From a virus (taxonomy: Duplodnaviria > Caudoviricetes): 47,669 nt of DNA. Position numbers and translations under genes: made by a program. The notes below the pieces were generated by a model that saw nothing but the letters and a program-made list of their open reading frames with translations, was not told where the DNA came from and searched no databases. Where the stretch lies: positions 1 through 47,669 of the IMG/VR virus record IMGVR_UViG_3300011442_000014. One strand, given 5' to 3'. Of this stretch, positions 37,290 through 44,823 are shown piece by piece; positions within the stretch are counted from its first letter, which is position 1, and every line of letters begins with the position of its first letter.

Positions 37290-37972
37290 ACGCCCTCCTT
37301 CGGACTACACTCGTGCGCAGTGCATTCGTTGCGTCTGGCGTTGTGGCTGGCGCTGGAGGCACGGTTGCACTCTCGTCCGGAGCGCATGAAGCGATCCGCA
37401 TCGCTAAAGGCGACACGGTCTCGGTCAAGTTTTCGATCAAGACTGACACAGTGCTCAAAGCACTCGGCGGTGCGAGAATCGTTGGACGAAGTTGCGGCAA
37501 TTCCTTTGTCTATTTGCGGATCTGGCACGGGACAGTTCAGATTTCTGCTGACTCAGTAGCGACAGAAGTATCGTGCGGGACAGTTCCTGTCGACACCATC
37601 AAGCCGGACACAACGCCAGTATCAACCCTGGACGCGTGTTTCATTCCTACGGATTCTGCAGCCAAGTATGGAATCCGCGGAGATGTGACGCTCGACTCCA
37701 CGCAAGTTGCATTAATTCAGCCATGGTGCAAGACCGTAGACACGCTCCACGTTGATCCGACGATGATGCCAGTCAAGGCACCAATCAAGATTGCTCTGGC
37801 ACCGAAGAAACCGCATCCAGATCCATCTCCGCCAACAGTCACAATCACTGGTGTCTGTTGGACTGCCTCAGACACCGCAGAACTTCGGAGGATTCGCGCG
37901 GACACATCCAGCGGGTACACCGTTCCTCGCTGCTCATCTGATACGCTCACTCTCCCATCAAAGAAAGGTTAA
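37286..37972 (+). CDS. Putative exported / membrane-anchored Cys-paired protein
   Basis: Signal-like N-terminus, six Cys, an internal repeat and many D-S/T motifs. Confidence 0.6.
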   Translation: MNALLRTTLVRSAFVASGVVAGAGGTVALSSGAHEAIRIAKGDTVSVKFSIKTDTVLKALGGARIVGRSCGNSFVYLRIWHGTVQISADSVATEVSCGTVPVDTIKPDTTPVSTLDACFIPTDSAAKYGIRGDVTLDSTQVALIQPWCKTVDTLHVDPTMMPVKAPIKIALAPKKPHPDPSPPTVTITGVCWTASDTAELRRIRADTSSGYTVPRCSSDTLTLPSKKG

Positions 37973-37974
37973 TC

Positions 37975-38187
37975 ATGCCGAAGGGGTTTGGCGATATGAC
38001 ACCGGAACGCCATCGCGAAGTTGCGAGGCTCGGCGGACAAGCGGCACATAAGAAAGGCGTCGCGCACAAGTGGACAAAGGCTACAGCGAGCGTCGCTGGA
38101 AAGAAAGGCGGACAGTCCGTTTCGAAAGATCGCGCGCACATGCAAAAGATTGGTCGTGCAGGCGGAGCAACGCGCGGTAAGAAATAG
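37975..38187 (+). CDS. KGG-repeat stress-induced protein (YciG/Con-10-like)
   Basis: GFGDMTPERHREVARLGG, AGKKGG and HMQKIGRAGG. Confidence 0.85.
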   Translation: MPKGFGDMTPERHREVARLGGQAAHKKGVAHKWTKATASVAGKKGGQSVSKDRAHMQKIGRAGGATRGKK

Positions 38188-38256
38188 ATGAGTCCTGTCA
38201 CTGGATGGATTTCACAGGGGTCCATCCAGTGATCTCATTTCCCTCGGAGCAATTGC

Positions 38257-39126
38257 ATGATTTATGGATTCCCGAAGCTGGAGCAGTTGCTCTACTTCAT
38301 TCGAGAACGCCATCACATTTGGAAGCGCCGATTTCATCTCAAGCAAGATGGTCCGCCATGGACGAAAGATCCGATATTGTTGGTGTATAAATTCACCAAC
38401 GTCTATCGCGAACTCGATCGCGTGACGCTATGGATCAACGCGCATTGGCGGACTCCGTACAAAAATGAGAAGCATCTTTGGTTTGCGATGGTCGTTGCGC
38501 GGCTGGTCAACAATACTGACACGCTCGCAGAGCTATCGCTTCCTGGCCGATGGAACCGCGCGCAGTTTCTGAAAGTCATGGCGCGTCGTAAGGCCGAAGG
38601 GCTCAAGCGATTCGGTGGCGCGTACATCGTGTCGACCGGTGGACGGGCGATGGACAAGTCCGAGTATCTCGCAGACTACGTACTCGATCCGATGTGGGAA
38701 AACAGAGCAATGCTTTGTCCGGTCCGTCATGAGTCACTGGCCAATTACCATCGTATGTTGATGAAGTTTGATGGGATGGGTTCGTTCATGGCTGCGCAGA
38801 TTGTGGCTGATATGAAATATGTTCAACCACTGAAGAATGCAAAAGACTTCTGGACATTCGCATCATCTGGTCCCGGCAGTCGCAAAGGGATGTCGTATGT
38901 GATGGGCATGAGTCCGAGGACGAAATGGCGCGAGGATGAATGGCACGAATCATTATCGGAACTGCACGCACTCGTGAATCCATATATTGCGCGATGGAGA
39001 TTTCCACGTTTGCACGCGCAGGATCTACAAAATTGTCTCTGCGAATTCTCGAAGTACAGTCGAACCGGAGCAGGAACTGGCCGGCCGAAGGCAAAATTCA
39101 CCCCGTATGGAGGCTACGATGCCTGA
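38257..39126 (+). CDS. aGPT-Pplase clade 1 / 5-hmdU DNA kinase helical-domain protein
   Basis: FIRERH.IW.....PPWTKDPIL..YKFTNVYRELDRVT, GMGSFMAAQIVAD, GPGSRKG and QNCLCEFSKY. Confidence 0.85.
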   Translation: MIYGFPKLEQLLYFIRERHHIWKRRFHLKQDGPPWTKDPILLVYKFTNVYRELDRVTLWINAHWRTPYKNEKHLWFAMVVARLVNNTDTLAELSLPGRWNRAQFLKVMARRKAEGLKRFGGAYIVSTGGRAMDKSEYLADYVLDPMWENRAMLCPVRHESLANYHRMLMKFDGMGSFMAAQIVADMKYVQPLKNAKDFWTFASSGPGSRKGMSYVMGMSPRTKWREDEWHESLSELHALVNPYIARWRFPRLHAQDLQNCLCEFSKYSRTGAGTGRPKAKFTPYGGYDA

Positions 39127-39802
39127 TCAAAGAAATTACTCGGCAGATCAACGCCGACGAATAAAAGAGTATGGCGATATCACACTCGACACGCCGCCAG
39201 ATCAATTCAAGGCGCCATTTCTCCATTTGAATTTTTTGTCTGAAGTGCTCCGTTCAGATAGTATCGCGATCATGTCGGTGCAAGGAGAGCCACAGATCGC
39301 GCCAGATATCTTTCACATGATGACAATTCTGTGGGAGAAGATTGAAGGGCATGCTGCAGAACACAAATATGATATCTTCGCTGCACTTCGCACAGAGAAC
39401 GATTTACTCATCGACGCAATTCGCAGACTTCGACACAATCTTGCACGTATCGAAGCACGCATGAGATACATTACTCAACATTCAGGCATGTCGCCCATGC
39501 CGAAAAGCTACATCAGCGAGATTCCGACCATCATAGAAAGGGACTACACCTTCATCCTAAAGCGTGATCAAGAATACCACGCATCATGGTTGAAGCGCGG
39601 AGGAGTCGGTGCATTCATGATGCTCGCGCGCAAGTGGGATCGTTTCTCGCCAATGGTCATCGAATTTAATAACGATCCTGTCGACATGCTGCTCGCTCGA
39701 CCAGATCGTGTTGATGATGTTCAAGACCTTCGACACTATCTCGCGCTCGTGAATGCGGAATGGAATCGCAGGACACTGCTCGCACGTTCTGGTCCGGTTT
39801 GA
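39119..39802 (+). CDS. Nucleotide-modification-associated all-alpha NTP pyrophosphatase-like protein (DUF1599/Nmad1-like C-terminus)
   Basis: KRDQEYHASWLKRGGVGAFMMLARKWDR...DDVQDLRHY. GGAGG SD before ATG 39119. Confidence 0.65.
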   Translation: MPDQRNYSADQRRRIKEYGDITLDTPPDQFKAPFLHLNFLSEVLRSDSIAIMSVQGEPQIAPDIFHMMTILWEKIEGHAAEHKYDIFAALRTENDLLIDAIRRLRHNLARIEARMRYITQHSGMSPMPKSYISEIPTIIERDYTFILKRDQEYHASWLKRGGVGAFMMLARKWDRFSPMVIEFNNDPVDMLLARPDRVDDVQDLRHYLALVNAEWNRRTLLARSGPV

Positions 39803-39806
39803 TATC

Positions 39807-40247
39807 ATGAATCAGAATCTTATTGTCTATGTCTGCGGTCGTCGCACCGGAATTCCCGACAAGGGATACGCTGCGATTGAGGGATGCGCGGCGAGACTAC
39901 GGTCGCTTGGCCATCAGGCAATCAGTCCCATCGATGTGAACATCAATTCGCTCGGTGCAGAATACTCTCCGGAGAACGACAGGAGATTCCGTCCGGCATT
40001 TCCTGGCTTGCGTATGGACATCATCACGATGATGAGCGTATGCAATGCTATCGCACTGATGCCTGGATGGGATCGTGCACTCGGATGTCGCGCCGAGGTC
40101 GCCGTGGCCATCACACTCGGATTCGCATTCATCGATTGGCAAACTGGACTCGTCATCGAACGGCCAAGTCATGTCACCATCGATATTGGCTATCGCGAAT
40201 TCCCTGTCTCGCAACTCGAAATAGACTCTCCAGCGAGGATTGGATGA
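39807..40247 (+). CDS. DUF4406 / nucleoside deoxyribosyltransferase-like protein
   Basis: VYVCG..TG, L...GH..ISP and D...M..C.AI.LMPGW....G...E...A. Confidence 0.8.
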   Translation: MNQNLIVYVCGRRTGIPDKGYAAIEGCAARLRSLGHQAISPIDVNINSLGAEYSPENDRRFRPAFPGLRMDIITMMSVCNAIALMPGWDRALGCRAEVAVAITLGFAFIDWQTGLVIERPSHVTIDIGYREFPVSQLEIDSPARIG

Positions 40248-40648
40248 CGATTCCAAGAGCATTGCGCAGATACCGACAACATAGAAACAATGCTCTAAGA
40301 CGTGGTATAGCATTTCAATTTACATTCGATTCATGGATCGCATGGTGGAGAAAGAACCTTGGACCACGATGGCTAGATCGTCGTGGTCGTGGGAAAAATA
40401 AATTCTGCATGGCCCGGAAGAATGATGAAGGCTCGTATCATCCGAGAAATGTAAAGTGCGTTACGTTCTCATGGAACAGCCATGATCGTGAATGGCTATT
40501 CACCGATCCAGCGTATCGTGCTCAGATGCGTGCAGCGAGCGCGAAATCTTCTGGATCGACTGGACATCCAACGAGTACTAAACAGAAAGCTGCTGTCGCA
40601 GCATCTAATCGTCGCAGAGCGCGACAAGTGAGAATGAAATGCCGGTGA
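40244..40648 (+). CDS. Free-standing HNH-like homing endonuclease
   Basis: NA.RRGI.F.FTF..W..WW and CMAR..D.G.Y...NV.C....N, with a NUMOD-like tail TDPAYRAQM. Confidence 0.7.
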   Translation: MTIPRALRRYRQHRNNALRRGIAFQFTFDSWIAWWRKNLGPRWLDRRGRGKNKFCMARKNDEGSYHPRNVKCVTFSWNSHDREWLFTDPAYRAQMRAASAKSSGSTGHPTSTKQKAAVAASNRRRARQVRMKCR

Positions 40649-41235
40649 ACATCGATTCAACTGCAAGGAAATATTTTGGGAGAATGTCAGAGACATACGA
40701 ACCGAATCGAATCACGCAAGGCCGATGGAAGATCGAGAATGAAGAAGTTGAGCGTCTGTTGGCAAAGTTGAAACCGCGGTCTGTGCTCGATGTTCCCGTC
40801 GGGACTGGCCGCTATATCCCAGCGTACGAACGACTGAATGTCAAGCGTGTGATTGGCGTCGACGTATCCGATGAGATGGTGGCGCAAGCCGCGAAGAAAG
40901 CGAAGCGAGTAAAGAATTGTAAAGGCATTACACTCAAGGTAAAAGATGTTCGCATGCTCAAGACCGAGCCTGTCGATGTTTCAGTGTGCGTTCGCTTTCT
41001 TGATCTGATTGATGAAGAGGCGATGCGACAGGTCGTCAAAAAGTTGATGTCCGTGTCTGAGAAGGCGATCATCTGTACGATTCGTTTCGGTCCAAAGTAT
41101 GTTCCAAAGAGCAATACAGCAGAGCACGATGAAAGTAAGTTCCGCAGTTTGCTCAAGAAGAATGGATGGAAAATCGCCAAAGCCATTCCAGTGTTCACGC
41201 AAGGATGGTTCATCCTCTTGCTGAAACCGCAATGA
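40639..41235 (+). CDS. Class I SAM-dependent methyltransferase
   Basis: VLDVPVGTGR, GVDVSDEMV and DVSVCVRFL. Confidence 0.88.
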   Translation: MPVNIDSTARKYFGRMSETYEPNRITQGRWKIENEEVERLLAKLKPRSVLDVPVGTGRYIPAYERLNVKRVIGVDVSDEMVAQAAKKAKRVKNCKGITLKVKDVRMLKTEPVDVSVCVRFLDLIDEEAMRQVVKKLMSVSEKAIICTIRFGPKYVPKSNTAEHDESKFRSLLKKNGWKIAKAIPVFTQGWFILLLKPQ

Positions 41236-41789
41236 TCATTCTCATTCGTGGAACGAATGGCTCTGGGAAGTCGTACGTCGTGCGCGAAATTATCAAGCAA
41301 GCGACGCTCCAAACGAAATCCGCCATCGATCTGCATCATGGCAGTACATTGATTGCATTAAAACAAGTTCACCATCCAGTCTTCATCGTTGGGCCATACG
41401 TTACTGGCCGTAGTATGGGCGGATCAGACTGCATGAAGCACAGCGACATCTTTCGTGTGATTCAAGACGTGCTCATCCGCATGGATCTACATATTCTCGT
41501 GGAGAATGTCTTGATCTCGGGAAAGAAATTCTTCGGATATCACGACGCTGGGGAAAATGTGCATCTGTGTCTCATCGATCCCCCGCTGGAAATCTGTGTC
41601 GAACGGATCAAGTGGCGCCAATCATTGAATCATCGGAATGCGCGAGTGAGTCTCACAACGATGGAAATGAAACAGCGTCGTGCGCGCGCGATGTTCGACG
41701 AGGCACAAGAACGAGGAATGCCGTGTCATCGCACCAACGACGCCGTTCCGATGATTCGATACATCACCAATCTCTTAAGGAATACATGA
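41232..41789 (+). CDS. P-loop nucleotide kinase of the base-modification-associated type
   Basis: IILIRGTNGSGKS, GPY.....GGSD and PPLEICVERI..R lid motif. ATGA-coupled. Confidence 0.8.
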   Translation: MIILIRGTNGSGKSYVVREIIKQATLQTKSAIDLHHGSTLIALKQVHHPVFIVGPYVTGRSMGGSDCMKHSDIFRVIQDVLIRMDLHILVENVLISGKKFFGYHDAGENVHLCLIDPPLEICVERIKWRQSLNHRNARVSLTTMEMKQRRARAMFDEAQERGMPCHRTNDAVPMIRYITNLLRNT

Positions 41790-42787
41790 AGTTACGCCTG
41801 GGAATGTTCACGTTCGTCAAGCCGAGTAAAGCATTCTTGGTTGGAAAGAAAGTTCACACAGTGATGTCCGGCGGAACACGTATCGCATATTGGCTGGCTG
41901 AGCAGCTCGGTGCAGAGTTCATGTACGATGAACAGATTGAAGACCGGAAATATGATATCTTGTTTATTAATGGTCTCGCACTGACTGGTGATACGATCCG
42001 CGATGCAATGGCGAAGGCAGTTCGGCGCGCGAGACGCATCGTTTGGGTTCAGAACGACTACATGATCACAGCGCCAAAGGCTGATGGTAATGCAGAGTCA
42101 TCATTTCGCTACGCGTTCCGCTGGCGTCGCAAGAAGGGCAAGCCAGATACAGATTACTGGACGACTGTGACCGACAACGTTCAAGGCAAAGGTGATTTCT
42201 TCGTGAACTGGAATATGCTGTCGGCGCTCGAAACACCACTCACGATTCGAGAGCCGAAGGATGTCGATCTGTTCTATTACGGATCGTTCCGCAAGTATCG
42301 TGGTCCGTCGTTCGATCGATTCTTCGAAAAGAAGTTTAGCAAAATGAATCGTGTCGTGAGTAGCGGATCGCCTATTCGAGATAGTCCATCGCGACCGGAT
42401 CACAATTTTCAACGGTACAGGCACATCACACTCATTCCGAAAATCTCCGAGCGATTCTATCGCGAATTGAACGGCTATGGCTTCGGCTTGTATATCGAAG
42501 ATGCACGGTCGCATAAGCAATTTCACTCACCGGCCAATCGATTCTATGAAATGTTGTCGGCTGGTCTACCGATGGTCTTCGAACCAGACTCGCGCACAAT
42601 GCTCAAGAAAGCCGGATTCGATCCCAAGGATTTTATCGTCCGAAAGATGGATGACATCTATGCGCTCAGCGGCGAGCGGATGGAAATTGCTCGTGAGCAA
42701 CGTGAGCGATGGTGGCGTCCATTTCGGCAGGAACTCAGTGACCGAGTGGCGTCGGTGCACGCACGATACGTGAAGCGTTTCTTTTGA
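41786..42787 (+). CDS. GT-B glycosyltransferase resembling T4 DNA beta-glucosyltransferase
   Basis: DLFYYGSFRKYR (compare BGT DVIYGGSFRSGQR), NRFYEMLSAGLPMVF and WVQND. ATGA-coupled to the kinase. Confidence 0.7.
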   Translation: MKLRLGMFTFVKPSKAFLVGKKVHTVMSGGTRIAYWLAEQLGAEFMYDEQIEDRKYDILFINGLALTGDTIRDAMAKAVRRARRIVWVQNDYMITAPKADGNAESSFRYAFRWRRKKGKPDTDYWTTVTDNVQGKGDFFVNWNMLSALETPLTIREPKDVDLFYYGSFRKYRGPSFDRFFEKKFSKMNRVVSSGSPIRDSPSRPDHNFQRYRHITLIPKISERFYRELNGYGFGLYIEDARSHKQFHSPANRFYEMLSAGLPMVFEPDSRTMLKKAGFDPKDFIVRKMDDIYALSGERMEIAREQRERWWRPFRQELSDRVASVHARYVKRFF

Positions 42788-42794
42788 GATCGAT

Positions 42795-43007
42795 ATGAAA
42801 TCCAAAGCTAAGCCAATAGAGATCGATGAGATGTGGGATCCGCCTCGTGTTGCGTCGTTCATGCAATTGACATATCAAAAGGCGCGTAATCAAATGCTCG
42901 AAGGACGTTTCGGTCCGTCGGATTACGACCCGATTAAGCGCAAACTGACTGTGAAATCATCGCGCGTTCGAGCAGAGAAATCTCGGACCAATAAGCTCCA
43001 TAGATAG
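42795..43007 (+). CDS. Small winged-HTH / excisionase-like DNA-binding protein
   Basis: WDPPRVASFMQLTYQKARNQMLEGRFG pattern. Confidence 0.55.
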   Translation: MKSKAKPIEIDEMWDPPRVASFMQLTYQKARNQMLEGRFGPSDYDPIKRKLTVKSSRVRAEKSRTNKLHR

Positions 43008-43142
43008 CAGTAGCGTTCTGTAATGCACTGGCCAGCACACTATCGTTGCGCTGATCACCAGTGTGTCAGCTATTGGCCCTAGCTGGCGCTAGCTGGCCCG
43101 AACCGGCAAACATCGTACAACCTGCCACCCGAGCGAGACGCG

Positions 43143-43268
43143 CTAAGTGCTTGATTTATAAGCACTTAGGGCCGAGAAAAGGACCGAAAATCGCCCGATT
43201 TAAGCAGCTGGGACAGCTTAGGACCGCCCTAGCCTCCTACCGTAAGTGCTTATAAATCAACAACTTAG
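43143..43268. repeat. ~26-bp inverted repeat, each arm containing an IHF-consensus site
   Basis: ctaagtgcttgatttataagcacttag (43143-43169) versus gtaagtgcttataaatcaacaacttag (43242-43268). Both arms contain WATCAANNNNTTR. Confidence 0.8.
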
Positions 43269-43273
43269 CCCTA

Positions 43274-43302
43274 TTGCGCTAGGGCTTGCAAAGCACTACC
43301 TT
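43274..43302 (+). promoter_or_regulatory. Sigma70-like promoter for the probable early operon
   Basis: TTGCGC-N17-TACCTT, with the same -35 hexamer as the terS promoter. Confidence 0.5.
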
Positions 43303-43307
43303 ATATG

Positions 43308-43720
43308 TGTAGGCGTTGTACCAAACGGCAGGCCGCGCCATGGCGCACGCGACAGCAAGCCTTTCCGCCCTACAGCTTTTTGACAAATACAAGGATGCTA
43401 ATAGCGCAGTTGCCGCCCTACGGGGCACCCGACGGCTAATAAGCAAAGGCTAAACCTTGTCAGGCCGCAGGAATGAGTATTCGAAGCGGCTAGTATTGTG
43501 CAACGCATGTGCCCCATTCTAGCGAACGTGACAGGTCGCTTCGGTGCCAGCAAGGTTTCCGCAACGTGTTGATCGTACCGCACGAGAATCGGAATGGCGA
43601 GGGGCTCAGCCGGAGACAGCCGGAATACCCGATAGTAGCGCAAGCCAAACGTCGGCACCGGATTAGTGAAACGGGAATGCAGACCACAAGCAAAAGCAGG
43701 ATTTCCAAAACTCACCGCAC
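43308..43720 (+). ncRNA. Candidate structured RNA leader
   Basis: No convincing ORF, several nested helices and a c(UACG)g tetraloop hairpin (details in findings). Confidence 0.4.
43375..43386 (+). promoter_or_regulatory. boxA-like antitermination element
   Basis: GCTTTTTGACAA versus consensus GCTCTTTAACAA, about 70 nt after the predicted promoter and just after a stem-loop. Confidence 0.55.
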
Positions 43721-43723
43721 GAG

Positions 43724-43742
43724 CCTACCCTACTATAGGAGA
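43724..43742 (+). promoter_or_regulatory. 19-nt start-associated repeat CCTACCCTACTATAGGAGA, copy 1
   Basis: Exact copy, 5 nt before ATG 43748. Confidence 0.85.
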
Positions 43743-43747
43743 AAACA

Positions 43748-43951
43748 ATGCAACACAAATCTGAGCACAAGAATTTCCGGTCGCTACAGTCGTGGAAGAA
43801 ATCAGCACAGAACGCCGGACTGCAGTTCAAGAAAGTGTCGGTCAGCAAAGACGGAGAGTACTGGCAGATTTATCAGGAAGGCACGATCGTTGGATACTTC
43901 GTGACGGGTAGTAAGTCGGGCCACATCCTGCGCGAGGTACTCGATGCATAA
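43748..43951 (+). CDS. Hypothetical protein
   Basis: 67 aa, preceded by the repeat and its AGGAG SD. Confidence 0.7.
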   Translation: MQHKSEHKNFRSLQSWKKSAQNAGLQFKKVSVSKDGEYWQIYQEGTIVGYFVTGSKSGHILREVLDA

Positions 43952-44084
43952 AGCACACGACCGTCGCATCTACCACGAACTCCGCGCTGCACTGGCGGAG
44001 TTGCCTGTCGCTACGCGCATTCGCATTCTGGAATCACTGAAGCGCCGTCGCGATATGTTGGCCGAGAAGTCAGCGCAATTATGA
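43944..44084 (+). CDS. 46-aa hypothetical protein (not in the ORF track)
   Basis: GAGGT SD. MHKAHDRRIYHELRAALAEL..., with an ATGA overlap into the next gene. Confidence 0.55.
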   Translation: MHKAHDRRIYHELRAALAELPVATRIRILESLKRRRDMLAEKSAQL

Positions 44085-44488
44085 GTAGAAAATTCGTTGC
44101 CGTGCTCGACACGATGTGGGGGACAGTTGGTCGGGCCCCAAAATATTTCTACATCAATCCACGTAATCATTCTGGCAAGCGTCTCTATTGGCTGGCTGGC
44201 TGTGACTTGCGCGACTTGCTTGTAGTAAATGCCTGTCCTGAACTGGTCGGACATGCCACAACACACGGTAAGCCGGATGCAGCCTGGCTCGCGCGCTCCT
44301 TACGCGCATTGCCAATACCATTTCACAGCGCGACCTTACTGATCTGCGGCAAGGTAGCGCAACGCACATTCGCCGCGTCTGGGATAATCTGGCGCGGTCC
44401 TACATATAGTATCGACCATCCAGCTGCTCGGCGGTGGTCGCGCAGTACCCTTGATGCAACACGCAGTCTCATCCAAACAGGAGCATAA
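44081..44488 (+). CDS. Minimal uracil-DNA-glycosylase-fold protein
   Basis: SGKRL, VVNAC, LLICGKVAQ and IDHPAAR occur in the order seen in UDG superfamily proteins. Confidence 0.55.
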   Translation: MSRKFVAVLDTMWGTVGRAPKYFYINPRNHSGKRLYWLAGCDLRDLLVVNACPELVGHATTHGKPDAAWLARSLRALPIPFHSATLLICGKVAQRTFAASGIIWRGPTYSIDHPAARRWSRSTLDATRSLIQTGA

Positions 44489-44489
44489 T

Positions 44490-44792
44490 ATGGTCACAAA
44501 GAAAGCCGCAGTTAAGACACCAGACAAAGTCGCCAAGCCGAAGCGCAAGCATGACAAGAAAGCGATTCGTCTCGCCGAGAAGTTGCTGAAGCAGATTCAG
44601 AAATTCATCGAGCATGTTAGCATCGGCAACTCGCCGACACGTCCGAGCATCCGCGTCGCGAACGGCAAGGCAATCCGTGAGTCGATCATCGAAGTGCTGA
44701 AGGACGAGAAGGACGGATGGGTCGACATGCCGAGTAAGAAGGACCTCAAGGCCGCGCGCAAGGCCGCGAAGGCCAGCAAGAAACGCAAGTAG
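44490..44792 (+). CDS. Lys-rich basic protein
   Basis: AGGAG SD before ATG 44490 and histone-like K/A termini. Confidence 0.65.
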   Translation: MVTKKAAVKTPDKVAKPKRKHDKKAIRLAEKLLKQIQKFIEHVSIGNSPTRPSIRVANGKAIRESIIEVLKDEKDGWVDMPSKKDLKAARKAAKASKKRK

Positions 44793-44799
44793 CCCGACA

Positions 44800-44818
44800 C
44801 ATACCCTATTATAGGAGA
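44800..44818 (+). promoter_or_regulatory. 19-nt start-associated repeat, copy 2 (2 mismatches)
   Basis: CATACCCTATTATAGGAGA, 5 nt before GTG 44824. Confidence 0.75.
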
Positions 44819-44823
44819 CCGCT

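Noticed and set aside
690-40540. Shared AQMRAA peptide in the two endonucleases
   Set aside because: Six residues in different contexts with divergent codons, so probably coincidence.
43430-43560. c-di-GMP-I riboswitch or tRNA in the leader
   Set aside because: Only a GCAAA/AAACC-like fragment matches. The GNRA/receptor architecture and a cloverleaf were not found.
43724-43742. Firm call of a T7-type RNA polymerase promoter
   Set aside because: The similarity is limited to the 3' half, the motif always sits at SD distance, and no RNAP gene is in the window.
43509-43904. 131-aa ORF across the leader
   Set aside because: No SD, it overlaps the better-supported 43748 gene, and it has no recognisable features.
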